Numbered from the stretch's first letter, positions 47,501 to 58,189 are shown. The stretch: 64,000 nt of DNA from an uncultured Chthoniobacter sp. (GCA_964585615.1 CAZPEN010000023.1:1-64000); one strand, 5' to 3'. Notes: generated by a model not told the origin, from the sequence alone. Translations and numbers: made by a program.

Positions 47501-48146
47501 CGAGCATTTGGATTCGGACCGGTGCCAGGGCGGCAACCGGTTCGCTGTGAGTCACAATAACCAGCACGGCAATTTTTTGGGAAGCAATCTTTGAGAGTGT
47601 CTCACAAACCCTGGCGGCATTTGCCGAGTCCAGATTCCCGGTGGGTTCGTCGGCCAGGAGCAGACGGGGGCTCCCGGCAAGAGCCCTCGCGATGGCTGTC
47701 CGTTGCATTTCCCCCCCGCTGAGCTGATGGGGGAAATGCCCGGCCCGGGCTCCCAACCCCACGAGATCCAGCATCTCCGCGACACGGGGAGCGGTCTTTC
47801 CCGGAGAATCCCCGCGCAGGAGAAGCGGCAGTTCCACGTTCTCCCGCACCGTCATCGCCGGGAGCAGATTGAAAAACTGGAAGACAATCCCGAGAGTATG
47901 CCGGCGGTAGGCGGTCAGGGTCTTTTCATCCGCCCCGTGAAGCGGCACTCCATCCACCACCACTTCCCCGGATGTCGGGCGGTCCAGCCCGCCCAGAAGA
48001 TTCAACAGGGTGCTCTTCCCGCAGCCGCTCGGTCCGGTGATCGTCACAAACTCCCCTGCGGCAATATCCAGCGACACCGCATCCAGCGCCCGGATGGTCC
48101 CCGTGCCGGAAGAATACGTTCGCGTGACATTTCGCAAATGGATCAT
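47454..48146 (-). CDS. ABC transporter ATP-binding protein (LolD/MacB-type)
   Basis: [36 protein letters not shown]. Start taken at MIHLRNV. Confidence 0.8.
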   Translation of the reverse strand: MIHLRNVTRTYSSGTGTIRALDAVSLDIAAGEFVTITGPSGCGKSTLLNLLGGLDRPTSGEVVVDGVPLHGADEKTLTAYRRHTLGIVFQFFNLLPAMTVRENVELPLLLRGDSPGKTAPRVAEMLDLVGLGARAGHFPHQLSGGEMQRTAIARALAGSPRLLLADEPTGNLDSANAARVCETLSKIASQKIAVLVIVTHSEPVAALAPVRIQMLDGKILNHFNDNAHAG

Positions 48147-48980
48147 AGTGGCACCCACCATTGCCGTGATGTGAGACCTGTTCAAGAAGACTTCGAAATC
48201 CTCGGGGAAACTCCCGACCTCCTTGTCGTGGACAAACCGGCCGGCCTCCTCGTGCATCCCACCAAGCCCGGCGGCCCGCGTACCCTCTGGGACGGATTGC
48301 GCGAGCTCCTTGGTTACGAACTCGTCAATGGCGGCCAGGTGTCGCTCATCAACCGGCTCGACCGTGAGACCAGCGGAGCCGTGCTGGTGGCCAAATCCTC
48401 CTCCGCCGCCCGCACCGCGGCCATGGCCATGCAGGAGGGAAAAATCCGGAAGTCCTACCTCGCCATCGTCTGCGGCTGGCCGACGGAAGAAACTTTTGAC
48501 ATCAATGCCCCCATCCTCCGGCTCGGCGAGGTGGCCGAAACCACGATCCACCTCCAACGCGCCGTGCATCCCGCCGGAGCCCCCGCCCACACCCGTTTCC
48601 GCGTCCTCTCACGACACCTGCACCACGGAAGTCCCTTCGCCCTTGTCTCCGCGGAACCCCTCACCGGCCGCACCCACCAAATCCGGGTCCACCTTGCCCA
48701 CCACGGACATCCTGTCGTCGGCGACAAAATCTACGGCCCCTCTCCCGATTGCTACCTGGAATTCATCCGCACCGGATGGACGCCTTCTCTCGCCGAACGT
48801 CTTCTCCTCCCCCGCCATGCCCTCCACTCCGTCGGAATTGCCCTGGATTGGAACGGCGCGAACCTTCACTGGACCTGCAACCTGCCTGCGGATATGAGGG
48901 ATTTTCTCGAAAAAGAGGCACTGGGCAGCACCGGACACGGCCAGCAGCAGAACGAACAGCCCCGCGCTCAGCCGCAATAA
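48138..48980 (+). CDS. RluA-family pseudouridine synthase
   Basis: LLVVDKPAGLLVHP and HQIRVHLA motifs. Start uncertain (ATG at 48138 or the downstream GTG). Confidence 0.75.
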   Translation: MDHSGTHHCRDVRPVQEDFEILGETPDLLVVDKPAGLLVHPTKPGGPRTLWDGLRELLGYELVNGGQVSLINRLDRETSGAVLVAKSSSAARTAAMAMQEGKIRKSYLAIVCGWPTEETFDINAPILRLGEVAETTIHLQRAVHPAGAPAHTRFRVLSRHLHHGSPFALVSAEPLTGRTHQIRVHLAHHGHPVVGDKIYGPSPDCYLEFIRTGWTPSLAERLLLPRHALHSVGIALDWNGANLHWTCNLPADMRDFLEKEALGSTGHGQQQNEQPRAQPQ

Positions 48981-49285
48981 ACATGCCGCCCGGCGGTGAA
49001 GGCCATCTTCACCAACAACGGACGGGGTGTTTGAAACATCGCCGATTGCGGGAAAACATGGACTCCCACCGGCTCACCGGGAAATTTTTCGCGGAGCAAC
49101 TCCCGCGCCCCGGCTTCCACACGCGAAACCGCCCGGCCATCGGCAACCAGAAGAATGAGATTTTTTTCCGCATCAAGCCCGCACTCCTTTGCCACCCCCG
49201 CATCAAGCGACCAGATATCCTCAATCGGAAAAGCCGCCACCAGCAAGGCAACCCGTTCCTCCACCGACAATGCTGTTGTATTCAT
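48968..49285 (-). CDS. small hypothetical protein
   Basis: C-terminal 105 aa of a longer ORF. Confidence 0.3.
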   Translation of the reverse strand: MNTTALSVEERVALLVAAFPIEDIWSLDAGVAKECGLDAEKNLILLVADGRAVSRVEAGARELLREKFPGEPVGVHVFPQSAMFQTPRPLLVKMAFTAGRHVYCG

Positions 49286-49433
49286 AGGGAGAGATCCCAA
49301 AATACCCCTCCCGTTCCCATTTTGCAAAGCTCCCCGAAGAGAAAGAACACGATTGCCTGTCTCGATAATCCTCCGCTTTTTTCCCAAGAAATCCGCTTGT
49401 GTATTCGGATGACGAAGATCAAGAATCCGGGGT

Positions 49434-50762
49434 ATGCGAATCCCGCTTGCGGTTTTATTGATCGTCTCGACTCTGGGAGTTGCGCGGGCGGCCTCGGAGC
49501 TGGAGCAAAAATTGGAACTGGCCCGGGAAGCAAATGACACCCATGCGGAGATCGAGTTGCTCCGGCGCTGGCTGGAAGCAAACCCGAGCGATGCCGCGGC
49601 CGTGGAGGAATTGGTCACACTTTGGCTGGAAGTGCCGGATTACGCCATGGCCCTCCAAACCCTGAAGTTGGCTCCTTCCCCGGATGCCGGTCTGGTGGCG
49701 CGGACCAATGCAGAGGTGGTCTGGCGGCGGGATGAGAACCAGCAGGAGGCTCTCAAAATCCTGAGGGAACGCCTGCTCGCGGCCCCGAAGGATCGCGATT
49801 CCCAGTTGATGCTGGCGGACTACCTGGCGAAGGCCGGGGAACGCCGGGAACAAATCACCGTGCTGGATGCGCTCATTGCCGGACAGAGCGACTTCGACCT
49901 CCTTCTCGACCGTGCCGATGCGAAACTCGCCCTGGACGATCCCCGGGGAGCCCTGACAGATTTTCACAACGCCGCCTCCGGAGCGCCGGACGAATCCCGC
50001 GTCAAGGAGGCCCAACCGGGTTTTGAACGGCTCGAAGTGGCTTTGGAAAAAACCTCCTCGCTGGACAGGCAGCCGGAAAGTCCTCCCGGGCACCTCAAAA
50101 AATCCTACTGGTGGTTCTACGGCGGTCTCCCGCGCCGCGGGCTCTCGGAGGCTGTCGCAGGGCTCCAAGCCTGGCCGGACTCGGCTTTGGGAAAAATCCT
50201 GGAAACAAAGGGCCTGGTTGCCAATGGCACGCTCGATTCCGCCAAGGCCCGCCAGGAACGCCATGTGGATGTCTCCGCCAGCCTGGACGATGAAAAAGGA
50301 CGCCAGGGCATCCTGCTGGCGGATGCGGATCTGGCAAAGAAACCCGCGGATCCCGCCCTGCTGGCCCGCCGCGCTTCCTGGCTGAATTACATGGGACAAT
50401 ACCTCCTCGCCATGGATGACGTGGAGGCCGTCCTGAAGGCGGATCCCTCGAATGTCCTCGCCCTCCATATCGCCGTCGCCGCCAGCCTCCGCCTCGGGAA
50501 TTTTCCTGCGGCAACGGCCTATGCCCAGAAACTCGAAAATCTCAAGGCCCCGAAGGATGTCCTCTCGGATGTCTTCTCCGGGCTGGCTCAAATGGCATTC
50601 GAGCAGTCGAATCTTCCCCTCGCCCTCGATTTCGCAGAGCGCTCGCTGGCCGCACAGCCAACCGCCACGGTCTGGAAATTGAAGGCCGCCTGTCACACCC
50701 GCCTCGGCCAGCCGAATGAGGCCGCTGACGCCTTGAAAAAGGCGGAGAAAGGCTCCCGATGA
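49434..50762 (+). CDS. secreted TPR-repeat protein
   Basis: Signal peptide MRIPLAVLLIVSTLGVARA. Multiple TPR-like helical repeats. Stop overlaps the A2M start. Confidence 0.65.
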   Translation: MRIPLAVLLIVSTLGVARAASELEQKLELAREANDTHAEIELLRRWLEANPSDAAAVEELVTLWLEVPDYAMALQTLKLAPSPDAGLVARTNAEVVWRRDENQQEALKILRERLLAAPKDRDSQLMLADYLAKAGERREQITVLDALIAGQSDFDLLLDRADAKLALDDPRGALTDFHNAASGAPDESRVKEAQPGFERLEVALEKTSSLDRQPESPPGHLKKSYWWFYGGLPRRGLSEAVAGLQAWPDSALGKILETKGLVANGTLDSAKARQERHVDVSASLDDEKGRQGILLADADLAKKPADPALLARRASWLNYMGQYLLAMDDVEAVLKADPSNVLALHIAVAASLRLGNFPAATAYAQKLENLKAPKDVLSDVFSGLAQMAFEQSNLPLALDFAERSLAAQPTATVWKLKAACHTRLGQPNEAADALKKAEKGSR

Positions 50763-53700
50763 AAAAATGGCTTCTTCTCCTCGCCCTCGGCACCGCTTCC
50801 GCGATGCAACCCCCGCCACCGAAACCGGCGGGCCCGGCTCCCACGGTGACTCCCGCCCCGCTTCCTCCGCCGCCGGTTTTTGAGATTCCCGAGGATACCC
50901 GTCGCTTCACAAATGACCCCGAAGCAGGTGGCATGGGGATTTCTCCCGTCGACGGAAAAATCGAGCCCTACTCGAGTTTCAGCATCACATTTCCAAGTGA
51001 CATCATCACTCCGGACAAGATCGACATGGAGGGATCGGAATCCCCCGTGGCAGTCTGGCCGCCGCTGGAGGCCTCGTATTATTGGCGATCTCCGGTCGAG
51101 GGCGACTGGCTGGTCACCGGACCGCGCATCCCGGGACAAACCTATCGCCTGCGGTTGCGCGAAGACCTCAGGACGCTGGATGGCAGCCCGTTGCCGGTCA
51201 ACTCCTGGGGCGTCGAACTCCGGAGCGATCCGCTCAAGGTCTCCAGCTGGTATGACGAACGCGATCAACTGAACTCGCGCCCGGTCGTGCCGCTGGAATT
51301 CAACTACCCGGTCCGCCTCCACGACGTCGCAGAAGGCCTGTGGTTCCAGGACCGCGCGACACGGAAGCGATTCCCCGCCCAGGTCTCGGTTGAGTTCGGA
51401 GAGGATGAGGAAAAATCCCTGCTCCTGCCAACCCCGACCACCATCCGCGCCATTCCACGCGAACCGCTCCCGGTGGGGGCCTTTTACGACATCGTGGTGG
51501 AAAACGTCCACGATGCCTACGCCGGCCGCATCCTTCCCTACCCGAAGGTCTTCCCGCTCGGCTCCACACGCCCGCTGGCGGTGGACTTCGTCGCCGCCCG
51601 CAACTGGGCCACGGACAAACCCCACATCGAAATCAAATTCCGCACGGATCTCTCCGACGATCCCCTCCCCGCAAATGCCGTGAAAATCGAGCCGCCCGTG
51701 CCCGGATTTTCCCTGCGCAAGGACAGCGCCCGCATCTACGTGGACGGGCGTTTTGATACGAACACCCGCTACAAGGTCACGATCTCAAAGGCCGTCACCG
51801 GCGACCGGGGATTCCCGATGGCCGCTGATTCCCTGTGGGGCGCGACGTTCCCGCACAAACCGCCAACCATCCTTTTCCCTCCGGGAGAGTTCCGCCAACG
51901 CAGCGCGCTCGGCCTGCGCTTCGCCCTCGTCCAGTCGAATACCGAAACCCTCCATTGGCGGCTTGCGAAGATCCCGGGAGAAAAATTGCAGGCCGTCCTT
52001 GATGCGGTTCGCAAAGAGTCCGTGGCGGGAGATCCCCTCATCATCGACCAGTTCGCTCTCGAAGTCCTCGGCAACGGAGAATTTCCCGCGGTGTCGGATG
52101 ACAGGGAAGAACTCCGGAAAATCGAATTCAAACCCTCCGTCCCACTCGGCGGCCCCTGCATCATCGAGGCTGTTGCCGGAACAGCAGATGGCACAAAGGT
52201 CGCCAACCGCGCACTCGTCTGGTTCGGAGATCTCGCCCTCACGCAGAAACTCGCTCCGGACACCCTCACGATCCGCATCGCCGGCATGGGGAACGGACAG
52301 CCGGTCCCCGGAGTCCGCCTCCAGCTCCTGACCAAGGAATTGCTGGAAGTGGCCTCTGCCGTCAGCGACTCCTCCGGCCTCGTCACTTTCCCGCGCACCG
52401 CCTCGACCGCCGCCATGTATTTCCAAACCACGCAGGATGGCCGCCCGACTCTCTGGCCAGCGGCTCCGGACGGACAGTTTGCCTCCGGCTCCTCCTACTT
52501 CTCTCCCCAGCCATCCGTGCTGGGACGCACCCTCACCGACCGGCCGCTTTATCGGCCGGGACAGGATCTGAAGATCAAGGGGTTCGTCCGGGAAAAGAAA
52601 GACGGCCTGCTTGTCGTGCCGGAAGGACAGACCATTTCCTGGGAAATCACCAAGGCCTGGCAGGATGACATCCTCGCTTCGGGTACCGCAAAAGTCAGTT
52701 CTTCCGGCGGCTGGGACGCCGACTGGACCACTCCCGCGGACGGCGATCTCGGAGAGTTTCGTGTGCGGGCAAAACTCGGCATCGCGGATGCCGGCAACCC
52801 CGCCCTCTTCCGCATCGAGGAATTCCGCAATCCGCCTTTCTCGGTGAGTTGCCTGGCGGAGGACGCCGCCAAACCGGCCGAATCGGTCATCAGCATCGCC
52901 TCGCGCTATTTCCACGGCGCTCCCAATGCCGGCAGCCGGGTCAAGTGGAAAGCCACGTGGCTCAGCGACCACGAGGGCGAATTTTATTACGCCGAGGAAA
53001 GCGACGGCTTCATCCAGGTTGATCTTTATTCCCAAATGCTGAAGCCCCCGGTCTACGAGACCGTCGTCGAGGGCGAAACGGTGCTGAATGGAAACGGCCT
53101 CGCCACCATCACCTGCCCGCAACCCTTCCCCGATCCCGGCAACCGCGCCGACACCACGGTCTTCTGGCAGGTGGATGTCACGGGCCCGGATGGACAGACC
53201 ATCACCGGCGGCGTCACGGACAGCGTGGCCATGAATGAGGTCGCCCTCGGGGTGAAGCCTCTCGATGAGCGCCCGGAAAACACCGCCCGATTCGAACTCC
53301 GAGCGGTTCCGCGACTCGAAGGCACCCCCGTTCCGGAGAAAGTCCCGGTCGTTCTCTACCTCGTCAAAGCCAAGTCGGTGAAGGAACAGATCGCCCCGTT
53401 TGTCTATCGCTACCGGAATTTTGACGACTACATCCGCCTGGCGGCAAAGGACGTTCCCTCGAACGGAACGGTGGATTTCCCCGCAAAAGAACCCGGTCGC
53501 TACGTCCTCGTCGCAGGCCCCATCGCGGGCGGAATGCAGGTCAGCGCACAGGAAGATGTCACCGGTCCCGGCGAGTCGGAGTTTCCGGTCCGCAATGACG
53601 AATCTCTCGATGTCTCCGGTCCGCAAAATCCCGTGATCCTCGGTCAGAACGCCGGATTCGACATCCTCGCCCCCTCCGGAGGAATTGCCTGGGTCACTGT

Positions 53701-56251
53701 CGAAACCGACCGCATCCTGGACTCCCGCACGCTCGAACTCCCCGGCAATGCCACCCGCATCGAAATCCCGACAAAAGAAGAATTTTTGCCCAACGCCTTT
53801 GCCTCCGTCTATGTGCTGAGACCGGGAGGAAATGACAGGATTCCGGGCGAAATGTTTGGTTACAGTGCTTTCCAGGTCTCCGACCCCTCGAAGGAACTGA
53901 GCGTCCACCCACAACTCGACAAGCCGACTTGTGAACCACGCGAAAAGGTCACCGGCTCGGTGCTCGTGACGAACGAAGGAAAACCGGTCGAGGGTGCCGA
54001 GGTCACGGTCTACGCCGTGGATGATGCCATTCTCACCCTCGGCGACTGGATGCTTCCGGACTTGGCCGCCCCCTTCTTCCCTCCGAATACCTTCAATATC
54101 ATCACCTCCCCCGCACTCCGCGGACTCGTGGCGGGAATCAATCCCGAGCAGCTCACTCAAAAGGGCTACACCGTCGGCGACGGCGGCGGCGAGGAATTCG
54201 GCAGCGTGGAATTCACCCGCAAGGATTTCAAGCCGCTCCTCTTCTGGAGTCCGGCACTGAAAACCGATGCCAGGGGGCTGGTCTCCTTCGAGACCACCGC
54301 TCCGGACAACCTCACACGCTTCCGGGTGATCGCTCTCGCCCAGACTCCGAAAAGCCAGTTCGGTGCCGCCTCGGACACCTTCGAGGTCTCCAAAAAACTG
54401 ATCATCGAACCGGCTCTCCCGCGCTTCCTGCGCGAAGGCGACGAGGTCGAACTCCGCGCCGTGGCCCGCCAGAAATTCGCCGCCAACGAAAAACTGCTCG
54501 TCCGTTGCACTGGCAACCTCCCGCTTTCCGGACCGGACCGCCTGGAAGTCGCAGCCGACCGGAACGCCCCGGCCGTGGTTCGCTTCCCGGCCAAAGTGGG
54601 AAAAAATCTTTCCAGCGCCACCATCCGCTTCGATGTGATCTCCACCGGTTCTGAAAAAGCGGCGGACTCCGTGGAAGTCACTCTCCCGGTGCTCCCGCGC
54701 ACCATCACCGTGAACGAATCCCGCGCCGGCAACTGGTCCGGGGACAAATTCTCCACAGCAGATTTTCTGCCGCCGGAATGGGCCGCATCGCAAGGAACAT
54801 TCGACACCACGCTTTCCACTTCCCCATGGCTCACGAAGTTGATGGGCCTGCCTGCCGTGCTTGACTACCCCCACGGCTGCCTGGAGCAGCAATCCTCGCG
54901 AATCCTCGCCTTCACCTCGCTGGCGGAACTCCTCAAGTGGCTCCCCACGGACAAAGAGCGCGATGAAAACTACCGCCACACGATCTTGGAATCCTTGAAA
55001 GTCATCGAAGCCTCACTGCTTCCCGATGGACTCCTTCCCTATTGGCCGATGGGCACCGTGGGCAGTCCCTTTGTCACCATCCAGACATCCCTCGCGGTTG
55101 CCATGGCAGAGGCGGAAGGCATGGACGTTCCCCAACGCCTCTCGGAGGAACTGCCGGGAGCTCTCAACGCCATGGTACAACGCACAATCAGCGTCACCCC
55201 CACGCTACGGGCCTTTGCTCTGTTCGCCCTCACCCAGATCGAGGAAAATCCCGACCTCGCCGCCCCGGCGGATGAATTGTATCTCGAACGCGACAAGCTC
55301 ACCTACGAGGGCAGGGCCTTCCTCGCCCTGGCTTATGCGGAACTCAAACTTGCCCCGGAAAAACAAAAGGAACTCGTCGCCGGGTTGCCGGGAGAATTCC
55401 CCGATCAGGGCTTCGACCCCCAGACCTTTTCTTCGCCAACCCGCACCGAGGCTTTGTGCCTGCTCGCCCGCTTCTCCGTGGATCCCTCCACCCAGGCGGG
55501 AACCATCCGCTCCCGGATCGGTCAGCTCATGGAATCCTCCGCCTCGCTCTCCACCCAGGAAAACCTGTGGCTCCTTCTCACCTTCAAGGCCCTCCTGAAA
55601 ATGCAGCCGCCCGTCGGCTTCGCAAAATCCGTCACCCCCGCTCCCGATGCCCTCGCCCCGAACAAAACCGCTGCCGAATGGACCGGCCGGATGCTCGACA
55701 CTGCCGCCGGATTCCAGCTCTCCGGCCTCGGCAAAAACGGAAAGGGAACCTTCGTCCTGAACGCCACACGACAACTCACCGAAACAGAAACCCAGCCGGT
55801 GCAAAAGGGCATGAGGATCGACCGGCTCGTCAAAAATGTCACCGACGCCTCGCGCAAGGGAACCGCCGATGCCCCCTTCCGGCTCGGCGATGAAATCCTC
55901 ATCACCTACCGCTTCCAATCCGCAAAACCCCAGAACTTCATTGCTCTGGAAGACGCACTCCCTGCCGGTGTGGAAGTTCTGAATCCCAACCTTGATCTCT
56001 TCGGCAAATACTATTCCGTGAACGAAGACGCCGGGGTCATCATCCCCACCCTGTCGCATTCGGAAATGCGGGACAGCCGGACGGATCTCTACTTCGACGA
56101 TCTGCCCGCCGGGTTGAATTCCTACACCGTCCTTGCCCGGGTAACCTCCGCGGGCACGTTCGGGTGGCCGGCCGCCCAGATCTACCCGATGTACGACAGC
56201 CGCATCTACGCCCGCACCGCGCCCTCACCCTGTGTGGTGAAGGCGCAGTAA
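50759..56251 (+). CDS. bacterial alpha-2-macroglobulin family protein with intact thioester (GCLEQ)
   Basis: 1830 aa, signal peptide MKKWLLLLALGTASA, DYPHGCLEQQSS thioester motif near residue 1370, MG-domain-sized repeats throughout. Confidence 0.8.
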   Translation: MKKWLLLLALGTASAMQPPPPKPAGPAPTVTPAPLPPPPVFEIPEDTRRFTNDPEAGGMGISPVDGKIEPYSSFSITFPSDIITPDKIDMEGSESPVAVWPPLEASYYWRSPVEGDWLVTGPRIPGQTYRLRLREDLRTLDGSPLPVNSWGVELRSDPLKVSSWYDERDQLNSRPVVPLEFNYPVRLHDVAEGLWFQDRATRKRFPAQVSVEFGEDEEKSLLLPTPTTIRAIPREPLPVGAFYDIVVENVHDAYAGRILPYPKVFPLGSTRPLAVDFVAARNWATDKPHIEIKFRTDLSDDPLPANAVKIEPPVPGFSLRKDSARIYVDGRFDTNTRYKVTISKAVTGDRGFPMAADSLWGATFPHKPPTILFPPGEFRQRSALGLRFALVQSNTETLHWRLAKIPGEKLQAVLDAVRKESVAGDPLIIDQFALEVLGNGEFPAVSDDREELRKIEFKPSVPLGGPCIIEAVAGTADGTKVANRALVWFGDLALTQKLAPDTLTIRIAGMGNGQPVPGVRLQLLTKELLEVASAVSDSSGLVTFPRTASTAAMYFQTTQDGRPTLWPAAPDGQFASGSSYFSPQPSVLGRTLTDRPLYRPGQDLKIKGFVREKKDGLLVVPEGQTISWEITKAWQDDILASGTAKVSSSGGWDADWTTPADGDLGEFRVRAKLGIADAGNPALFRIEEFRNPPFSVSCLAEDAAKPAESVISIASRYFHGAPNAGSRVKWKATWLSDHEGEFYYAEESDGFIQVDLYSQMLKPPVYETVVEGETVLNGNGLATITCPQPFPDPGNRADTTVFWQVDVTGPDGQTITGGVTDSVAMNEVALGVKPLDERPENTARFELRAVPRLEGTPVPEKVPVVLYLVKAKSVKEQIAPFVYRYRNFDDYIRLAAKDVPSNGTVDFPAKEPGRYVLVAGPIAGGMQVSAQEDVTGPGESEFPVRNDESLDVSGPQNPVILGQNAGFDILAPSGGIAWVTVETDRILDSRTLELPGNATRIEIPTKEEFLPNAFASVYVLRPGGNDRIPGEMFGYSAFQVSDPSKELSVHPQLDKPTCEPREKVTGSVLVTNEGKPVEGAEVTVYAVDDAILTLGDWMLPDLAAPFFPPNTFNIITSPALRGLVAGINPEQLTQKGYTVGDGGGEEFGSVEFTRKDFKPLLFWSPALKTDARGLVSFETTAPDNLTRFRVIALAQTPKSQFGAASDTFEVSKKLIIEPALPRFLREGDEVELRAVARQKFAANEKLLVRCTGNLPLSGPDRLEVAADRNAPAVVRFPAKVGKNLSSATIRFDVISTGSEKAADSVEVTLPVLPRTITVNESRAGNWSGDKFSTADFLPPEWAASQGTFDTTLSTSPWLTKLMGLPAVLDYPHGCLEQQSSRILAFTSLAELLKWLPTDKERDENYRHTILESLKVIEASLLPDGLLPYWPMGTVGSPFVTIQTSLAVAMAEAEGMDVPQRLSEELPGALNAMVQRTISVTPTLRAFALFALTQIEENPDLAAPADELYLERDKLTYEGRAFLALAYAELKLAPEKQKELVAGLPGEFPDQGFDPQTFSSPTRTEALCLLARFSVDPSTQAGTIRSRIGQLMESSASLSTQENLWLLLTFKALLKMQPPVGFAKSVTPAPDALAPNKTAAEWTGRMLDTAAGFQLSGLGKNGKGTFVLNATRQLTETETQPVQKGMRIDRLVKNVTDASRKGTADAPFRLGDEILITYRFQSAKPQNFIALEDALPAGVEVLNPNLDLFGKYYSVNEDAGVIIPTLSHSEMRDSRTDLYFDDLPAGLNSYTVLARVTSAGTFGWPAAQIYPMYDSRIYARTAPSPCVVKAQ

Positions 56252-56268
56252 TCGCCCCGGAGCGAAAC

Positions 56269-56604
56269 TCAGAGCTTGAGCTTCACCATCGCCGCGTGCT
56301 CTTCATCCGAACAGGCGGAATTGAGCGGCACGTCGGTCTCTTTTGAAGACTCCCCGACAAGCCCGTTCGCAAGCAAATAGCTCTCCAGTTCCTCGCCGCT
56401 GAGATCCGGCAGCATCACCCCGTTCACCACGACGCAGGGCGACAACGGCTGGCCGCTGAGCTGCTCCATCTCGAACCGGTAATCGGGATTCAAAATAATG
56501 TCCTTCTCCGTGTAGGGAATGTCGTATTTGGCCAGAACGGCGCGAACGCCCTTGCTCCAGCCACAGTGAGTTTTCAGGTAGGCAGTGATTTCAGGTTTGC
56601 TCAT
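56269..56604 (-). CDS. glutaredoxin-like protein with monothiol-type CGWS motif
   Basis: KTHCGWSKG at the N-terminus and thioredoxin-fold length. Start at internal MSKPEIT. Confidence 0.55.
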   Translation of the reverse strand: MSKPEITAYLKTHCGWSKGVRAVLAKYDIPYTEKDIILNPDYRFEMEQLSGQPLSPCVVVNGVMLPDLSGEELESYLLANGLVGESSKETDVPLNSACSDEEHAAMVKLKL

Positions 56605-56765
56605 TTTCAAATGGGAAATTGCGGCGCAATGTAACGGCAAATCCGCCCGAGTCAATGGGAGAGACGTTTTCTGTCGCTGCAAACAAACCTGAACAAAAAC
56701 GCACGACACACGATTTGAACTTTCTCTTGCAACATTCAAAAACCCGACTATCTTCTGTCCTTCAA

Positions 56766-56842
<77 letters not shown>

Positions 56843-57049
56843 ACTTTCAAGCCCTGACAACACGAAATGCTGTCAGGGCTTTTTGCTTATAGTCAGCGAG
56901 TTACAAGGATAATTCGGGTTCTTGCTCCGCAAAAATCAGAAATTTTGCTGCATGACTGGAAATGGATGGAATTTACAGGAAGTCGCATGAAAGTGTCCGC
57001 CATTTATCCGCCCAAAATCCTCGAAAATCCTGTTTTCGAGGAAGGTATT

Positions 57050-58189
57050 TCAAAATCTCATGCGAATGCCTTGGGAATGCCGCTGCTGTCGTTGCTCATT
57101 TTCTAGGATTCGGATGATGGTTCGTAGGAGTCGCAGGGAGCCGACAAGCAATTGACCTCGCCGGAAATGATGGCCCAAAGCAAGTCGGGAAAGATCATTT
57201 CCACTGGCAAGGAAACGAGCCAGCTCTCTTGCCGGGTCCGAATGTGCAACCCTCGTTTTGGGATGAGTTCGATCAGGTCGATTTCCTCCGTAGGAAACGC
57301 GCGATTTTCCACGGACAGCCACCCCGTAGGTTTGACGAGGTGATAGGGGTCGATGCGGCTCGCGATTTCGAGCCATGTTTGGTTTCTGGTGGGTTCGGTT
57401 TTTTTTACAAGTTTGGTTTTCGGTGTTTCGATTGCCATGATGTTTGAGTTGGTTGAGGTTGTCGTTGATTTCCGCCAGACGGCGGGATTCTGAGGAAATG
57501 GCTTTGTTGATTTCGGCCTTGCGCATTTTGCGACCGGCGCGGCTCATGGCGGCGATCTGCGGGCCGAGATGTTGGGAGGGTGGACGTTCAATGTCCTGGG
57601 CTTTGAGAGATTGCCGGTTGACGGTTTCGGAATGCCCGGCCTTCTTCAATGCGCGGTTACAGCGCGTCTCCCACATTTCCCGGATGCGCTCGACTTCCAG
57701 CGGGCCGGTTTTGCGATCATCAAGGCAGCGGATTTTATGGGAGGAGAAATTTCCTTTTTCGTCCACGGCACGGGCCGTCATGAATATATGGCCGTGGGTA
57801 TTTCGACTGTCGCCTTTCACGTTGGGATGGTGGAGATTCACACAAACGGCGCACCCGTAGGTGTCGCGAAGTTGAAGGCCGAAACCGCGCAATAGCGCCC
57901 ACTGTTCTTTCGTGCCCAGCTCATGAGGCAAGGCAACATCCATCGCCCGGCCCACACGGGCATCGTAACGCTTTTCTGCCCCTTCTGCGGCGGCGGCAAG
58001 GCATCCCGGCGTCATGGCGGGACCGATGATTTGGGATTCGATCACGTCGGTCTTGTGCTTGGACCAATCGTGTTTTTGACCGGTGCGCTCGTCGGTCAAC
58101 TTGGTGCGCGTGTCATAGGCGATTTGGGCAAAGGCACTGTGCCCCTTGCCCCGGCTGATCGGGCGGATGGACAAATGGAAAATCGCCAT
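57050..58189 (-). CDS. MobA/MobL-family relaxase (C-terminal ~120 aa of this frame look non-protein-like)
   Basis: N-terminus MAIFHLSIRPISRGKGHSAFAQIAYDTR (MobA/MobL signature incl. catalytic Tyr region) and HxH motif (NTHGHIFM). Confidence 0.75.
   Translation of the reverse strand: MAIFHLSIRPISRGKGHSAFAQIAYDTRTKLTDERTGQKHDWSKHKTDVIESQIIGPAMTPGCLAAAAEGAEKRYDARVGRAMDVALPHELGTKEQWALLRGFGLQLRDTYGCAVCVNLHHPNVKGDSRNTHGHIFMTARAVDEKGNFSSHKIRCLDDRKTGPLEVERIREMWETRCNRALKKAGHSETVNRQSLKAQDIERPPSQHLGPQIAAMSRAGRKMRKAEINKAISSESRRLAEINDNLNQLKHHGNRNTENQTCKKNRTHQKPNMARNREPHRPLSPRQTYGVAVRGKSRVSYGGNRPDRTHPKTRVAHSDPARELARFLASGNDLSRLALGHHFRRGQLLVGSLRLLRTIIRILENEQRQQRHSQGIRMRF
57103..57438 (-). CDS. hypothetical protein in alternative frame overlapping the relaxase 3' region
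   Basis: Protein-like composition, unlike the relaxase frame over the same nucleotides. Confidence 0.25.
   Translation of the reverse strand: MAIETPKTKLVKKTEPTRNQTWLEIASRIDPYHLVKPTGWLSVENRAFPTEEIDLIELIPKRGLHIRTRQESWLVSLPVEMIFPDLLWAIISGEVNCLSAPCDSYEPSSES

Noticed and set aside
51785-54979. 1064-aa minus-strand ORF
   Set aside because: Antisense to the alpha-2-macroglobulin gene, which has a signal peptide, thioester motif and domain structure. Composition is Gly/Arg/Glu-rich junk.
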